The position numbers and the translations under genes are program-made. The notes beneath the pieces were generated by a model. The model was given only the letters and a program-made list of their open reading frames with translations. It ran no database searches and was not told where the DNA came from. From Antedon mediterranea (Eukaryota; Animalia; Echinodermata): a DNA stretch of 64,000 nucleotides. Below, one piece after another: positions 53,701-64,000 of the stretch (positions within the stretch are counted from its first letter, which is position 1; each line of letters begins with the position of its first letter). The DNA is taken from positions 38,946,304-39,010,303 of the forward strand of contig NC_092671.1 of the NCBI RefSeq assembly GCF_964355755.1, written 5' to 3'.

Positions 53701-56700
53701 TGAAGATTCAGATGAATATTAGTATAAAAAAGTATTATATATATAATAATTATTATAATAGTATTAAGAATAAAAATATTGAATTAATTTCTTTGAAGAA
53801 ACTTCTCCAAGATTTCCAAACGTCAGAGCAGCAACCGGATGTGATAGTTGCTTTTTGGTTGAATGTGTTGACACATAACAAGGATTGGCACGAGGACTTG
53901 GACACGCAGTATGTTATGAATGCTCTGCTTCAAGTTGCTTTCAGGATTAAAGATGGCATCAAGGTGGCAGTGGATCTCATCTTTGCCCTTTACAAGGTTT
54001 GTTTGCCTGCTGTTATATTATGTAATAAAAACATTTAAAAAGCAAATTTATGATAGATTTTAAAGCTCTGTCTACACTATCAAATTTCATGTGACAAAAT
54101 AATGTGATGTGCCCATATATGGACATGATGATGTCATATCACCACCGTGTTTGGGTATATCACTACCATATTTGGGCGAACTAGTTTTACAGTGTAGACA
54201 GAGCTTTATAATCTATATTAAATTGACTCTTTTGATTACATTTATACATATGGATACATGTGCCTGTGAGTTATGTAGGCTATAAATTGTTTTAAAATTT
54301 GTACATCAATTTACACTGAAGCCAGAATCTTAATTCAGTGCAATGCTGTTTTTGATTAACAATAATAATTTTAAATTTTATTTTATAATAAAAGTCTCCT
54401 GATAGCCCAAATAGCCACATACACATTAAGGCTAGTGGCTAAATAATAATAATATTAATAATATAAATGAAATAATATATAAAAATAATACTGTTTTGTT
54501 TTCATAATTTCTAGTCATCGTTGATTAATTCCAAGAATCAAGGTTTATTTTCATCGGTGTTAAGTTACGTGACAACAAGCGTCCCTCAGCCAACATTCCT
54601 GTACGCTCAGAGCAGTCAGTACGTGTGGCTAACTTACGCAATCTTGTTGGCAGAACGTAGATACTTGGAAGATCTTCAACTGCATCAGTTTGTTTATAAA
54701 GAGCTTAATGACAATTCTAAATCAAACCCAGAAGCTGCTCTTAAGGTATCAATTTAGTTGGATTAAACTTGTTTTTAGTCAATTTATAGAATTCAACTAT
54801 CTTCTCCTAATTCTCCGTCTACCATAACTATACAGTTATTTAAAACAACTACTACTTCTAAAGCTCTGTCAACAACAAAAATATGTGACAAACAAAGTGT
54901 GATGTGCCCAAATATGGTAGTGATATACCCAAATATGGTAGTGTTATGACATCAGCATGTCCATATATGGACACATCACATTTTTTTGTCACATATAATT
55001 TAAAAGTGTAGAAAGAACTTAATAAATTAATATTTATTTGATTTTCTATAATTTTGAATTATTAATAATTTTGTTAAATTTAAAATGTTTACAGAAAGGT
55101 GCTAATAAGTTGAAGGTAGGCTTCTCCCCAGCCATTCAGCGGTTACCAATTTACAGATGGGCTTCACAGGTACTTGACATGGACATGAACCACCCATTAC
55201 TACCAATCATGTGGCAACGATTCTTTGGCTTGTACCTAATGAGGCTAGAAGCGCAGCCTGGGTAAGTATGGATCGTTGGATTGAGTTTCAATAGAAACAA
55301 GAAGTTAGGAATGTTGTGGTTTCAGTTACTGGACACAATTTATACCTTAGTTGTCAGAACTTCCATTCAACTTCAATTTATGTAATGGAACTTATTATAC
55401 AAATACTTCTTTGATACTTTTTGTGGGTAGTGGTTTGTGATAGCAAGTTCATAAGATCTCTTTAGATTCTCTTAGTAAAGCAACCAACCAAATTTCATTT
55501 TTACCTTGTTGATAAAATGACAATAAATAAATTATAGTATTGTGAAACTTTTTCTTTATTCTTAATGCTGTGGAATTAATTTTATCTATAAATTAATATA
55601 TTAATATAATTGCACTTGCACTGATGAAGCGCTAGTGTTGCCCGAAAGCTCTGCTAACTTTTCTGGCTGTTTACTTTATCGTTTTGATTTAGCTTTTCGC
55701 TTTTATTTTTGTATCTCCATTGAGATCCAGCCACTGATACCCACAGCATTGTCATTTTTTTCAGTATTTTGCCTTTGGATTTAATATAATATATATAATT
55801 AATTTTGTTATTTTCGTTTCGTTTATTTTCCACTTTTCAAATAACAGTTTTAGTTATATTGTATACAGTGTATATAATATGGGTGGATAGAGGTCACAGT
55901 AAGTTCATTAAACTTTAAGTCGGGCAATTAATAATTACATTTCAATTCGTATCTAGGCTTCCAGCCCGTGGTAGCATTGGACAGCAATTTTTTGCCAGTC
56001 TCATGAATGTGTCATTGCTTAAACGATTAAAGAAACATCTAACAGCCACTGCAGACTACCACCATAACCTGAGTAATCGCATGAGTATGTCAAATCGTAA
56101 CGGTGACGAAGACGGGAGTGGGACCCCACCAGAGCTGACAGAAGAGTACAAGTCAGAAGCGCAGTTTCATAAAAAACTTGTCACGTAAGTTGGAATAAAG
56201 TTTATAAATGTAAAATACTGGAGAATGGCAAGAATAGGCAAATAAAAATACATTTATTCATAAATCACAATAATAAGATATTATTTACTATGTACAATGT
56301 TTTAAGAAAATGATGAAATGGGGTGTCAAGAAACCCACAAGGTTTGTATGATAGAGATCCCAGATTACTCTACAAGAAAATTTATTTATTTATTTGTTGT
56401 TTGTTCCATACAAATTGTGAAATATACTGTAAAGTGGAGAATGTTTAAGGTGGAGAATGTTTAAGGTGGAGAATGTTTAAGGTGGAGAATGTTTAAGGTG
56501 GAGAATGTTTAAGGTGGAGAATGTTTAAGGTGGAGAATGTTTAAGGTGGAGAATGTTTAAGGTGGAGAATGTTTAAGAGATGAATAAGCAGTTTGATGTT
56601 ATTTATTTATTTTATTCGTTTTTTTTACTAGATTGCATTTTCAGTAACGTAATACTGCTTTTCAAAATTGTCAAGTTACAAGTTAAAACATGCATATACA

Positions 56701-59700
56701 GTCATGTTTGTTTTTAAATAATTTATACGTAATTTTACTTTCCATGGACCAGAGAAATTTCGAAATAAACGACTGAATGAATGATTCAATAACATATTGC
56801 TGTAGATAACTACCATAATACAGATACATTTTTTTCTCTAACTTTTATTTTACTTTCTCTGGACGCCCCTTCATTCAAGAAGAGCGCCACTGTTTCAAAA
56901 GTGTAGCTTCCAAATAAATTATTATATTATTGACTGCTTTCTGTCTTTCTTTACAGCCTTTACCAGACCTTTGCTTTATGGATAGAAGAGCCATTATTAC
57001 ATGACCCACAGATGTACCTTCCATCTCTACCAGAACAATACAATGCTGATCATTTAAGACTTTTATTCACAAACGATCAGCAGCCATGGTTAGAATACGT
57101 AGATACAGGTCGAATTGACTTTGAAATCCTTGATCAGGTCAAGTTCTGGCTGAAGCTGTCCAGTTCTGACGTGCCTGATATTGGCAATGCATCAATCAAC
57201 AACCACAATGAAACGGGTTAGTTTGTTTTTTTTTTTCAAAAGGTATTAGTTTCAAATTTTACAATTTTTCAATTGACAAAATGTCAGTGTGTAGCCTGTA
57301 GTACTATGTCTGTATATAAGATAAAATCAAACAAGATAAAATAGACATTATTTGTCCAATTATATGCTCTTAAGAGTATGAAGGCATGCATTTCAATGAA
57401 ATAAAAAATGAGTGTTTAAAATGCACTTATTCTGGAGAAACTTACTCAAAATGTATATAATTATAAGTTTTTCAAGAGACAAAAAAATACATACATAAAT
57501 AAAAAAAATAAAAGAATAAAAAGAAAAAAATGTTATTTTGTTGATGAACATCAGCTAGAATATAGAATAGACAACAAGAAAAATAATAAATAAATACATA
57601 ATGAAAAAAACAAATAAAAGAAGAAAAAAAATTAATTTTGTCTACCTTCAGCTACCAATAGGATCTTGAACCACCTTGAAAGTTACGACAAATCTCAGGG
57701 CCCACCAGAAGTGACGTCAGCAGAAGCGCCAGTCCCAGAAGTAAAACGTGAAATGTTAACGTCAGAAAATGAACTCGTAGCGAGTTTACATCAACATTTT
57801 GTATTACTAGTAGAATATGCAAGGTAAGTTAATCAAGATAATGGGGTTTTAACTATAAAGCTCTGTCTACACTATCAAACTAGTTTGACAAAAAAAAGTG
57901 TGATGTGCCCAAATATGGCAGTGATATGGTCAAATATGGTAGTGATATGACATCATCATGTCCATATATAAGCACATCACATTTGTTATCACATAAAGTT
58001 TGATAGTGTAGTAGACGGTGCTTTAGAGGCTAAGATAATGAAACTAGTGTAGTACACTTTATTTGGAAATGTTCTTTTTTTCAAACTAATAATTAGTAAG
58101 CTAACCTTGACAGTTTCGCTGTCCTGTTCGGACAGCTTCTTCAGAAATAATGACTTCTTTGTGACTTATTAAGAGGACACTTTCCCATGAAACAAGGTAA
58201 TACACTGTATGTTTTAAAAATTATCCCTTAGTATGTGTTCTACTCTACAGTGTTTTAGAGCAATTTAAGTATTTATTCAGAATTTTAATATATTTTTTTC
58301 AGCTGCTTTACCAAAAGAGAAACTATTCATGTTAGTTTAGATTGTACTTATGCAGAGCTGTCTCCAAAACTACAATACAACGAAACTACTGAGGTTAGTG
58401 CATTTTTTTTTAAACATCATTATACTTTAAGCTCTGTCTACTTTATGCGACAAAAAACTGTGATGTGCCCATATATGGACATGATGATGTCATATCACTA
58501 CCATATTTGGGCATATCACTACCATACCAATACCATATTTGTCCAACTAGTTTGATAGTGTAGACAGAGATTTAGTCTGTTACACTAAACACCGGCGTGA
58601 CTTTCTGTCACACATTTTTATCCATGTTCGACTTCTAATACCTCGCTGTGTACTTCTCTTATTGTCTAAGGGTTCTTTGAATATTACAGATATCTTGTAT
58701 GTAGTTTTACTTCTTTTTTTTTGTTAGAAACGACTACGCATTCCATGTTCTAGTGCCTTTAATCCAGCACATCGTTGTGATGGCCCAGCAGTCATCACTG
58801 TAACAGTAAGTTTGCATTTATATCAATACAGAATTTTCAGAAAAAAAAATTTAATTTTAGGAAAAGGTGTAAAACTGTTAAAAATTTTGTCTTTTTTTAA
58901 ATAAAATTAATGTCCATGTATATCAATAGTACAATATTTAGACCGATTTAGATAGCTCACATTGTATTAATGTCCAATTACTCAAAGTACACCAGATAAA
59001 TTTAGAGTTATTGTTAGATAATACATTTATTTGATGCTTACAGTACCAAGAGAAAAAAGTAAACAACACTGTATTCAGCAAGTTGGAAGAAAACCGAAAT
59101 GAATTCCAGCGTTTATTAGAAGAATCACAGACACCGCCGGCGGATGATATCGTAACAGCAGCGGTATTTGTTGAAAACACAATCACGTATGTTATTGTTT
59201 TTAATGCTTGGTTTCTACTAGAGATGCAACACAAGCATGTTGACCAATCACAAGCGATTATTTGAATATTCCATCGCTTGTGATTGGTCAAATCACTTAT
59301 TTTGCGTTCTGTCTCAAGTGGGAAACAAGCTTTAGTAACCAGGCAGTGATCTTTCCTGTGTTCAATACTTTCTAATTTTATTGACACTTCTGAGAAATTT
59401 TAAATTTACTTAACAAACAATGAAATAACAAATAAAATGAGCATTTAACAAAAAAATAGCATTTAACCGATTCCACTTTTTAAATTTACTGATAATTATC
59501 TCATTATAATCAAATAATTATTGGATAAATACAGTAATTTACCGATAATTTTGTTTGGCTGCGGAAACACGGCCCTAGTAATTTGATCATTATTACTTTT
59601 TAGTGATTTGATAAACTTCAACCGTACAGCAGAAGGAGAGGATTATGAGAAAAGCAAGAAGACCGGCATTGATTTGTTCTACTATTTTGCTAATCGCACG

Positions 59701-62700
59701 ACTGAAGATGTTCGCCACTACCCTCCTACACGACAGTTCTTCTCATCTTGTATAGAAATATTGGGACAGGTCAGCAAATTTCTTATTGTAATTCTCCTGA
59801 ATTCATATGAATTATTAATTTATATATAATTCAATTTAAAGAGGATCCCTGAATATTAGTTAACTTACTGGGCTAAACTGGATGGGTTACAGCTTGAACG
59901 ATGGTTGAAATAAAAAAAGAAAATAAAATATTTAAAATGTTACGAAAAGAATGTATTCCATTGCCTAGATGTGTAATATGAAATTGGAATTATAAAAGAA
60001 AATATTTGTCCTGTAAAGACTATATATAAAACACAAAAACATTACTAGTGTAATACTCTTCATCTAACATGTTTAGTTTAAACCATTAACAATATAACCT
60101 TGTTTCCTTTAGGAATTTATACGCAACACCCCAGACCAAGCTGTGCCTCTGCTGGACCTCATCATCAGTAACCTAGCCCTCGCTAACCTTCTATCCCCTA
60201 ACTTTAGGCCTAGTGCTTGTGCTGAGGAGTTTGTATCCATGTATTCTAAGGTTGTCAGTGTAACTATCAATGGTAGTCAGGACCTTGCAGTTATGCTGCT
60301 AACAAAGGTACAGTAAAACAACCTGCATAGTAATTCTTACCTTAGTAAAGTGAAGAGGTGCCTCTCATAAAAATTGTTTTTTTATAATGTAGAATATAAT
60401 TTGAATTTAATGTATCATAAATATGTATTAAAAGACGTTTACTATATAATTTCAATGCACAATTCAATGACGAAAAAATGTTTCGGGGAAACATTTTAAC
60501 ATTTTAACATTTTAAAGATTAAGTAAATAATAAAAAGTTCATATGTATTCCTGCATCAAGTCCCAAATTCATTTGTACCATTAAAAACACATTTCAAATA
60601 CCAGACTTTCCAGAAAACCAGACATATAGGCCAAGCCAAAGGTGTTTATTGTACAAATCAATCATTAAGAGCCAATGCTAAAAACCATATGCATAAAAAA
60701 TAATAACATTTTTCATTGTTTCTTTTAGTTTGACATTAATATGTGGTTGAGAAAATGTTCTCCTGACCGCAACAAGTGTCACCATCTCATTGAGATCATC
60801 GGTGAAGCTTTGAGTCTGTGTAAACAAGAGATCGACTCCAAACTACTGACTCAGTTTGAGATGTATCGCTCACATCTTCAAGTCTTGTTAACTCACCAAT
60901 TTCCCGAAAATTTTAACAGTGTTTTACAATTACTACTCAAAGGTAATTTTATGAATTTTAATTGATATGACTGAGAATAATTGCTTTGTTACTTCGACAT
61001 GTGGTTTAACTTATTTTTTATTATTTATTAGTTACAAATGTCTTTGATCTCCTGACTACAGGGTATACTAGTATGTATCAGCATAAAGGTGTTCTCCATA
61101 TTTGAACCATGCCCCTCAACCCAGTAAATGGTTGACCATGCCCAGTCAATGATTGACCATGTCCAGTCAATGATTGACCATGTCCAGTCAATGATTGACC
61201 ATGTCCAGTCAATGGTTGACCATGTCCAGCCAATGATTGACCATGTCCAGTCAATGATTGATCATGTCCAGTCAATGATTGACCATGTCCAGTCAATGAT
61301 TGACCATGTCCAGTCAATGATTGACCATGTCCAGTCAATCATTGATCATGTCCAGTCAATGATTGACCATGTCCAGTCAATCATTGACCATGTCCAGTCA
61401 ATCATTGATCATGTCCAGTCAATGATTGTATACTGTTTTATTTATTTATTATTTTGTCTGAAATGTATGGTTTTTATCTGATGTCAGCAAAGTATTCAAT
61501 TTCTAATTGTAACCATGTGACCACTGTCACACTAGCACAAAAAATACTAACTGATAATGAAAGAATGAAGTAAACATTCAAATAAATCTGTTTTTTTAGG
61601 TAGCCAAGCAGAAACGTTGCATCCTAATATTTGGTATGACTTTTTAAACACCATTGGATGCCCTGTGAGTCACCTTGATGAATCCCTTAGCAACGTTGAC
61701 TTCACTCAGGTTGTCATGCAAACCTCATCCTCCCTTACATTAGTTCATGTAAGTGCACTATTACTGCTATTTGATATTCTTTTATTAGGTTATATGCATT
61801 ATCATGCAATATAACCTTATTGATTTTGTCAGAATCTTTATTTATTCTTTCGTTGTTTATGACATAAACGCGGAGGGATCTTTGATTGGGTTGTTTTGTT
61901 CAAGTGTATAATGGCTTGATATGCTATTGTATTTGCGTTACCAAGATCGTATCTTTCATATTATAAATAATTAATATAATAATCTGACAAAATCAATAAA
62001 TAAATATTATTTTTATTTGAATCAATGTATAACCTATAATCTAGTTAATATGTTATGATTTTTTTATGTGTACATTTTGATTGATAGATGAATTAAGGCT
62101 ATGTTTATTATATTTGTCATCTCATTTTCCATCAAACCAGAAAATATTGTGAAGTATAGTAGATTGACCTGTGTCTATTTCTGGTATCTAAAGCTCTGTC
62201 TACACTATCAAACATTATGTAACAAAAAAAAAAGTGTGGTACCCATATATGGTCATATCACTACCATATTTGGGCACATCGCTACTATATTTGGTCATAT
62301 AATTACCATATTTGGACACATCATTTTGTTGGGAGCTGAATGCAATCCCTTTATTATTTTGTTAACTTCAGGTACAAGAAACAATAGCATGGTTGAGTAC
62401 ATTTTTCAGCAAGTTAAGGAACACTAACCCAGACCTAGCTAAGTTTGGACTCTACTCACAGTGGAAAGTGTACATCCAACCGTTAGCAAACCTATTCAGG
62501 TTTCTTATCACAGTGTACATTGTGCATGAATCTGCTAGAATAGTTGAACTTCAACAAAATCTTGAACAAGGTAATAGAGTCGTATTGTTTTCATTTGAAT
62601 TATCAAACAAACTCGCCAATTACAGGATGGATAAATTATTTTATAATTTAACGTGCTTATAAATTGTTTAGGCTTAAAGAATAGAGTTGAAAGAAGGCCG

Positions 62701-63467
62701 GACCTTGGGATTGGAAAGCAAGCACATTAACCTACAAGCTACAGCTCCACTACAACGCTTGTGATTATTATAATTATCCGTTCACACAGATAGATAACAA
62801 TCGGTTTTTATTTTCTTTCCAGGCATCCAAAGTCAGTGGATGGTAATATGTGGACTTTTTGCTCCATGGATCGACACGGTTCCAGTACCGTCTCCATCTG
62901 AGTAAGGATTATTTATGACTACATTGTGATCTAAAGATGTCATGTCTCTTGTCACACATCCGTTTATACTTAGTTCACTTACTTTATTTATTATTATTTA
63001 AAGTTTTTATTTATTTCAGCCCATCAAAAACAATTTTTCTGCCTGCGTGGGTTGAGGTAGACTGGCCATTAGGAGCTATTCTAGTGGCTATATTTGCTGA
63101 GGCGGTTAGGAGTTTGACAATACAGTTTCAACGTAAGTTATTGTTAAAAGATAAAAGAGAAATTATGCAGTGGAATTATGCTAATTACAATCATAAATAT
63201 GATTATCAACAGATTATTATTATTATTATTGTATGCTATATGTATTTCTTTTCAACATGTTAAATATATAAATAAATTTTTAACCTTCTAGCGTATCTGG
63301 CAGCCTCTGGCAAAGATGCAATGTCTCTTTTGTTGTTTTATTACGCAAACTCGCTAGCAAAGAAGGATGTCACAGAGGACGCTCTTCAAATTTACAACCG
63401 ACGATTTCAGGCATTACCATGGCATCAATATCATCCAGATATTCATTGTATGGACCTCATGTTAAAG
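38799..63467 (+). CDS. EPG5: Ectopic P granules protein 5 (autophagosome-lysosome tether), at least 35 exons; continues beyond the window
   Basis: Starts [14 protein letters not shown]. Motifs: [42 protein letters not shown], tandem LIR-like [26 protein letters not shown], and [13 protein letters not shown]. Exons: 38799-38840, 39715-40539, 43094-43258, 43697-43940, 44354-44499, 45007-45221, 45592-45703, 46450-46564, 47178-47328, 47530-47715, 47920-48083, 48547-48698, 49178-49318, 51220-51384, 51729-51851, 52069-52346, 52800-52946, 53524-53644, 53799-53996, 54515-54745, 55095-55261, 55957-56184, 56957-57216, 57652-57823, 58303-58393, 58728-58805, 59044-59186, 59604-59769, 60113-60307, 60729-60942, 61600-61748, 62372-62570, 62823-62901, 63020-63132, 63292-63467. 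Confidence 0.93.
40609..40788. mobile_element. Harbinger-type MITE family B (palindromic); relatives at about 13055-13210, 52989-53160 and 59204-59331
   Basis: TIR AGC(G/T)TGGTTCCCACTAG with TAA/TTA flanks, internal ACGCA repeats and a CCAATCACAAGCGAT core. Confidence 0.8.
40824..41504. mobile_element. Helentron/DINE-like non-autonomous element
   Basis: Starts AACTAGA..CACTCCGAGAGTG-CATACCTCC, has an (ACAA)-type microsatellite, and ends in the hairpin ACCTCCttgacGGAGGT. Confidence 0.65.
42590..42780. mobile_element. Harbinger-type MITE family C
   Basis: TIR AGGG(T/C)CTTTCACACC with TAA/TTA flanks and a long internal palindrome. Confidence 0.8.
42805..43142 (+). repeat. Local tandem duplications that include the acceptor and start of EPG5 exon 3
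   Basis: A unit of about 110 bp occurs twice and a 61-bp unit occurs twice. TAGTCATGAACTATATGAATTGTT occurs four times. Confidence 0.9.
44779..44939. mobile_element. PIF/Harbinger-type MITE family A (about 160 bp), best-preserved copy; about 27 full or partial copies in the window
   Basis: TIR AGCTCTGTCTACACTATCAAACT, flanked by TAA/TTA, with an internal 21-bp subrepeat GCCCAAATATGGTAGTGATAT. Other copies near 115, 2100, 2736, 4773, 5956, 6355, 11659, 11960, 12614, 14330, 14607, 33295, 36736, 37864, 44524, 46248, 48128, 48726, 49783, 51424, 51536, 54064, 54862, 57858, 58430 and 62192. Confidence 0.88.
45467..45511 (+). ncRNA. Type I hammerhead ribozyme-like motif (partly degenerate)
   Basis: CTGCA-CTGATGA-GATCT(aata)AGATT-GAAtaAGTACT-GTC-TGCAG. 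Helices I and II pair, but the GAAA box and helix III are mutated. Confidence 0.65.
46630..46900 (+). mobile_element. tRNA-derived SINE with a Deu/Nin-like central domain; second, 5'-truncated copy at about 43302-43575
   Basis: A box GTGGCCGAGCGG and a degenerate B box, then TCGGAT..TAAACC..AGGTCC..CACTTTAAAGAACC..TCTTTCGAGA..GTAGGGGGTTAC, resembling the DeuSINE core. Confidence 0.7.
56431..56577. repeat. 17-bp minisatellite, about 8.5 copies
   Basis: Unit AAGGTGGAGAATGTTTA. Confidence 0.95.
58109..58144 (-). ncRNA. Minimal hammerhead ribozyme-like motif
   Basis: Minus strand CTGAAGA-A-GCTGTCC(gaaca)GGACAGC-GAAAC-T-GTC: intact core boxes and a perfect 7-bp helix II, but weak helix I. Confidence 0.65.
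61127..61427. repeat. 21-bp minisatellite, about 14 copies
   Basis: Unit ATGATTGACCATGTCCAGTCA. Confidence 0.95.
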
Positions 63468-63556
63468 GTAACTTAAACATTTTAAGAATATTAATGTTAA
63501 TGAGTTAATTAAAAAATCTGATTAAAAAGTTATTATTAAAAAGTTTGGTTTTTTGG

Positions 63557-64000
63557 GGCACCTGTATGTTGATAATGTGCACCTGTATGTTGATAATGTG
63601 CACCTGTATGCTGATAATGTACACCTGTATGTTGATTATAATGTACACCTGTGTGTTGATAATGTACACCTGTGTGTTGATAACGTACACCTGTGTGTTG
63701 ATTATAACGTACACCTGTGTGTTGATTATAACGTACACCTGTGTGTTGATTATAATGTACACCTGTATGTTGATAATGTGCACCTGTATGTTGATTATAA
63801 TGTGCACCTGTATGTTGATTATAATGTACACCTGTGTGTTGATTATAATGTACACCTGTGTGTTGATAATGTACACCTGTATGTTGATTATAATGTACAC
63901 CTGTATGTTGATAATGTACACCTGTATGTTGATAATGTACACCTGTATGCTGATAATGTGCACCTGTATGCTGATAATGTACACCTGTGTGTTGATTATA
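63557..64000. repeat. 21/24-bp minisatellite running off the window end
   Basis: Unit ACACCTGTATGTTGAT(TAT)AATGT. Confidence 0.95.

Noticed and set aside
61078-61481. Repetitive ORFs on both strands
   Set aside because: Translations of an intronic 21-bp minisatellite.
63505-63984. 159-aa I/N/Q/V/Y ORF
   Set aside because: Translation of an intronic 21/24-bp minisatellite.

Overview
AT-rich eukaryotic (metazoan) genomic DNA with GT-AG introns. It is probably an invertebrate deuterostome such as an echinoderm, inferred from gene similarity, a Deu-domain SINE and TAGGCCTA-rich sequence. It holds three conserved multi-exon genes: DYNC2I1/WDR60 (minus strand, runs off the left edge), ATXN7L3/SGF11 (plus strand, head-to-head with WDR60) and EPG5 (plus strand, runs off the right edge). 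Between ATXN7L3 and EPG5 is a tandem array of four paralogous 4-exon genes for cytoplasmic ZU5-UPA-death-domain proteins (UNC5CL/PIDD-like). All four keep an HFT motif at the position of the HF|S autoproteolysis site and show mosaic similarity. Copy 3 has lost its ancestral start, and copy 4 is decaying. Non-coding DNA holds about 27 copies of a Harbinger-type MITE, other MITEs, LINE/SINE fragments and minisatellites. It also holds at least six hammerhead-ribozyme-like motifs and a family of tiny P-element-like hairpins with 7-bp target-site duplications. Exon coordinates were read by hand and homology calls come from recalled motifs, not database searches.
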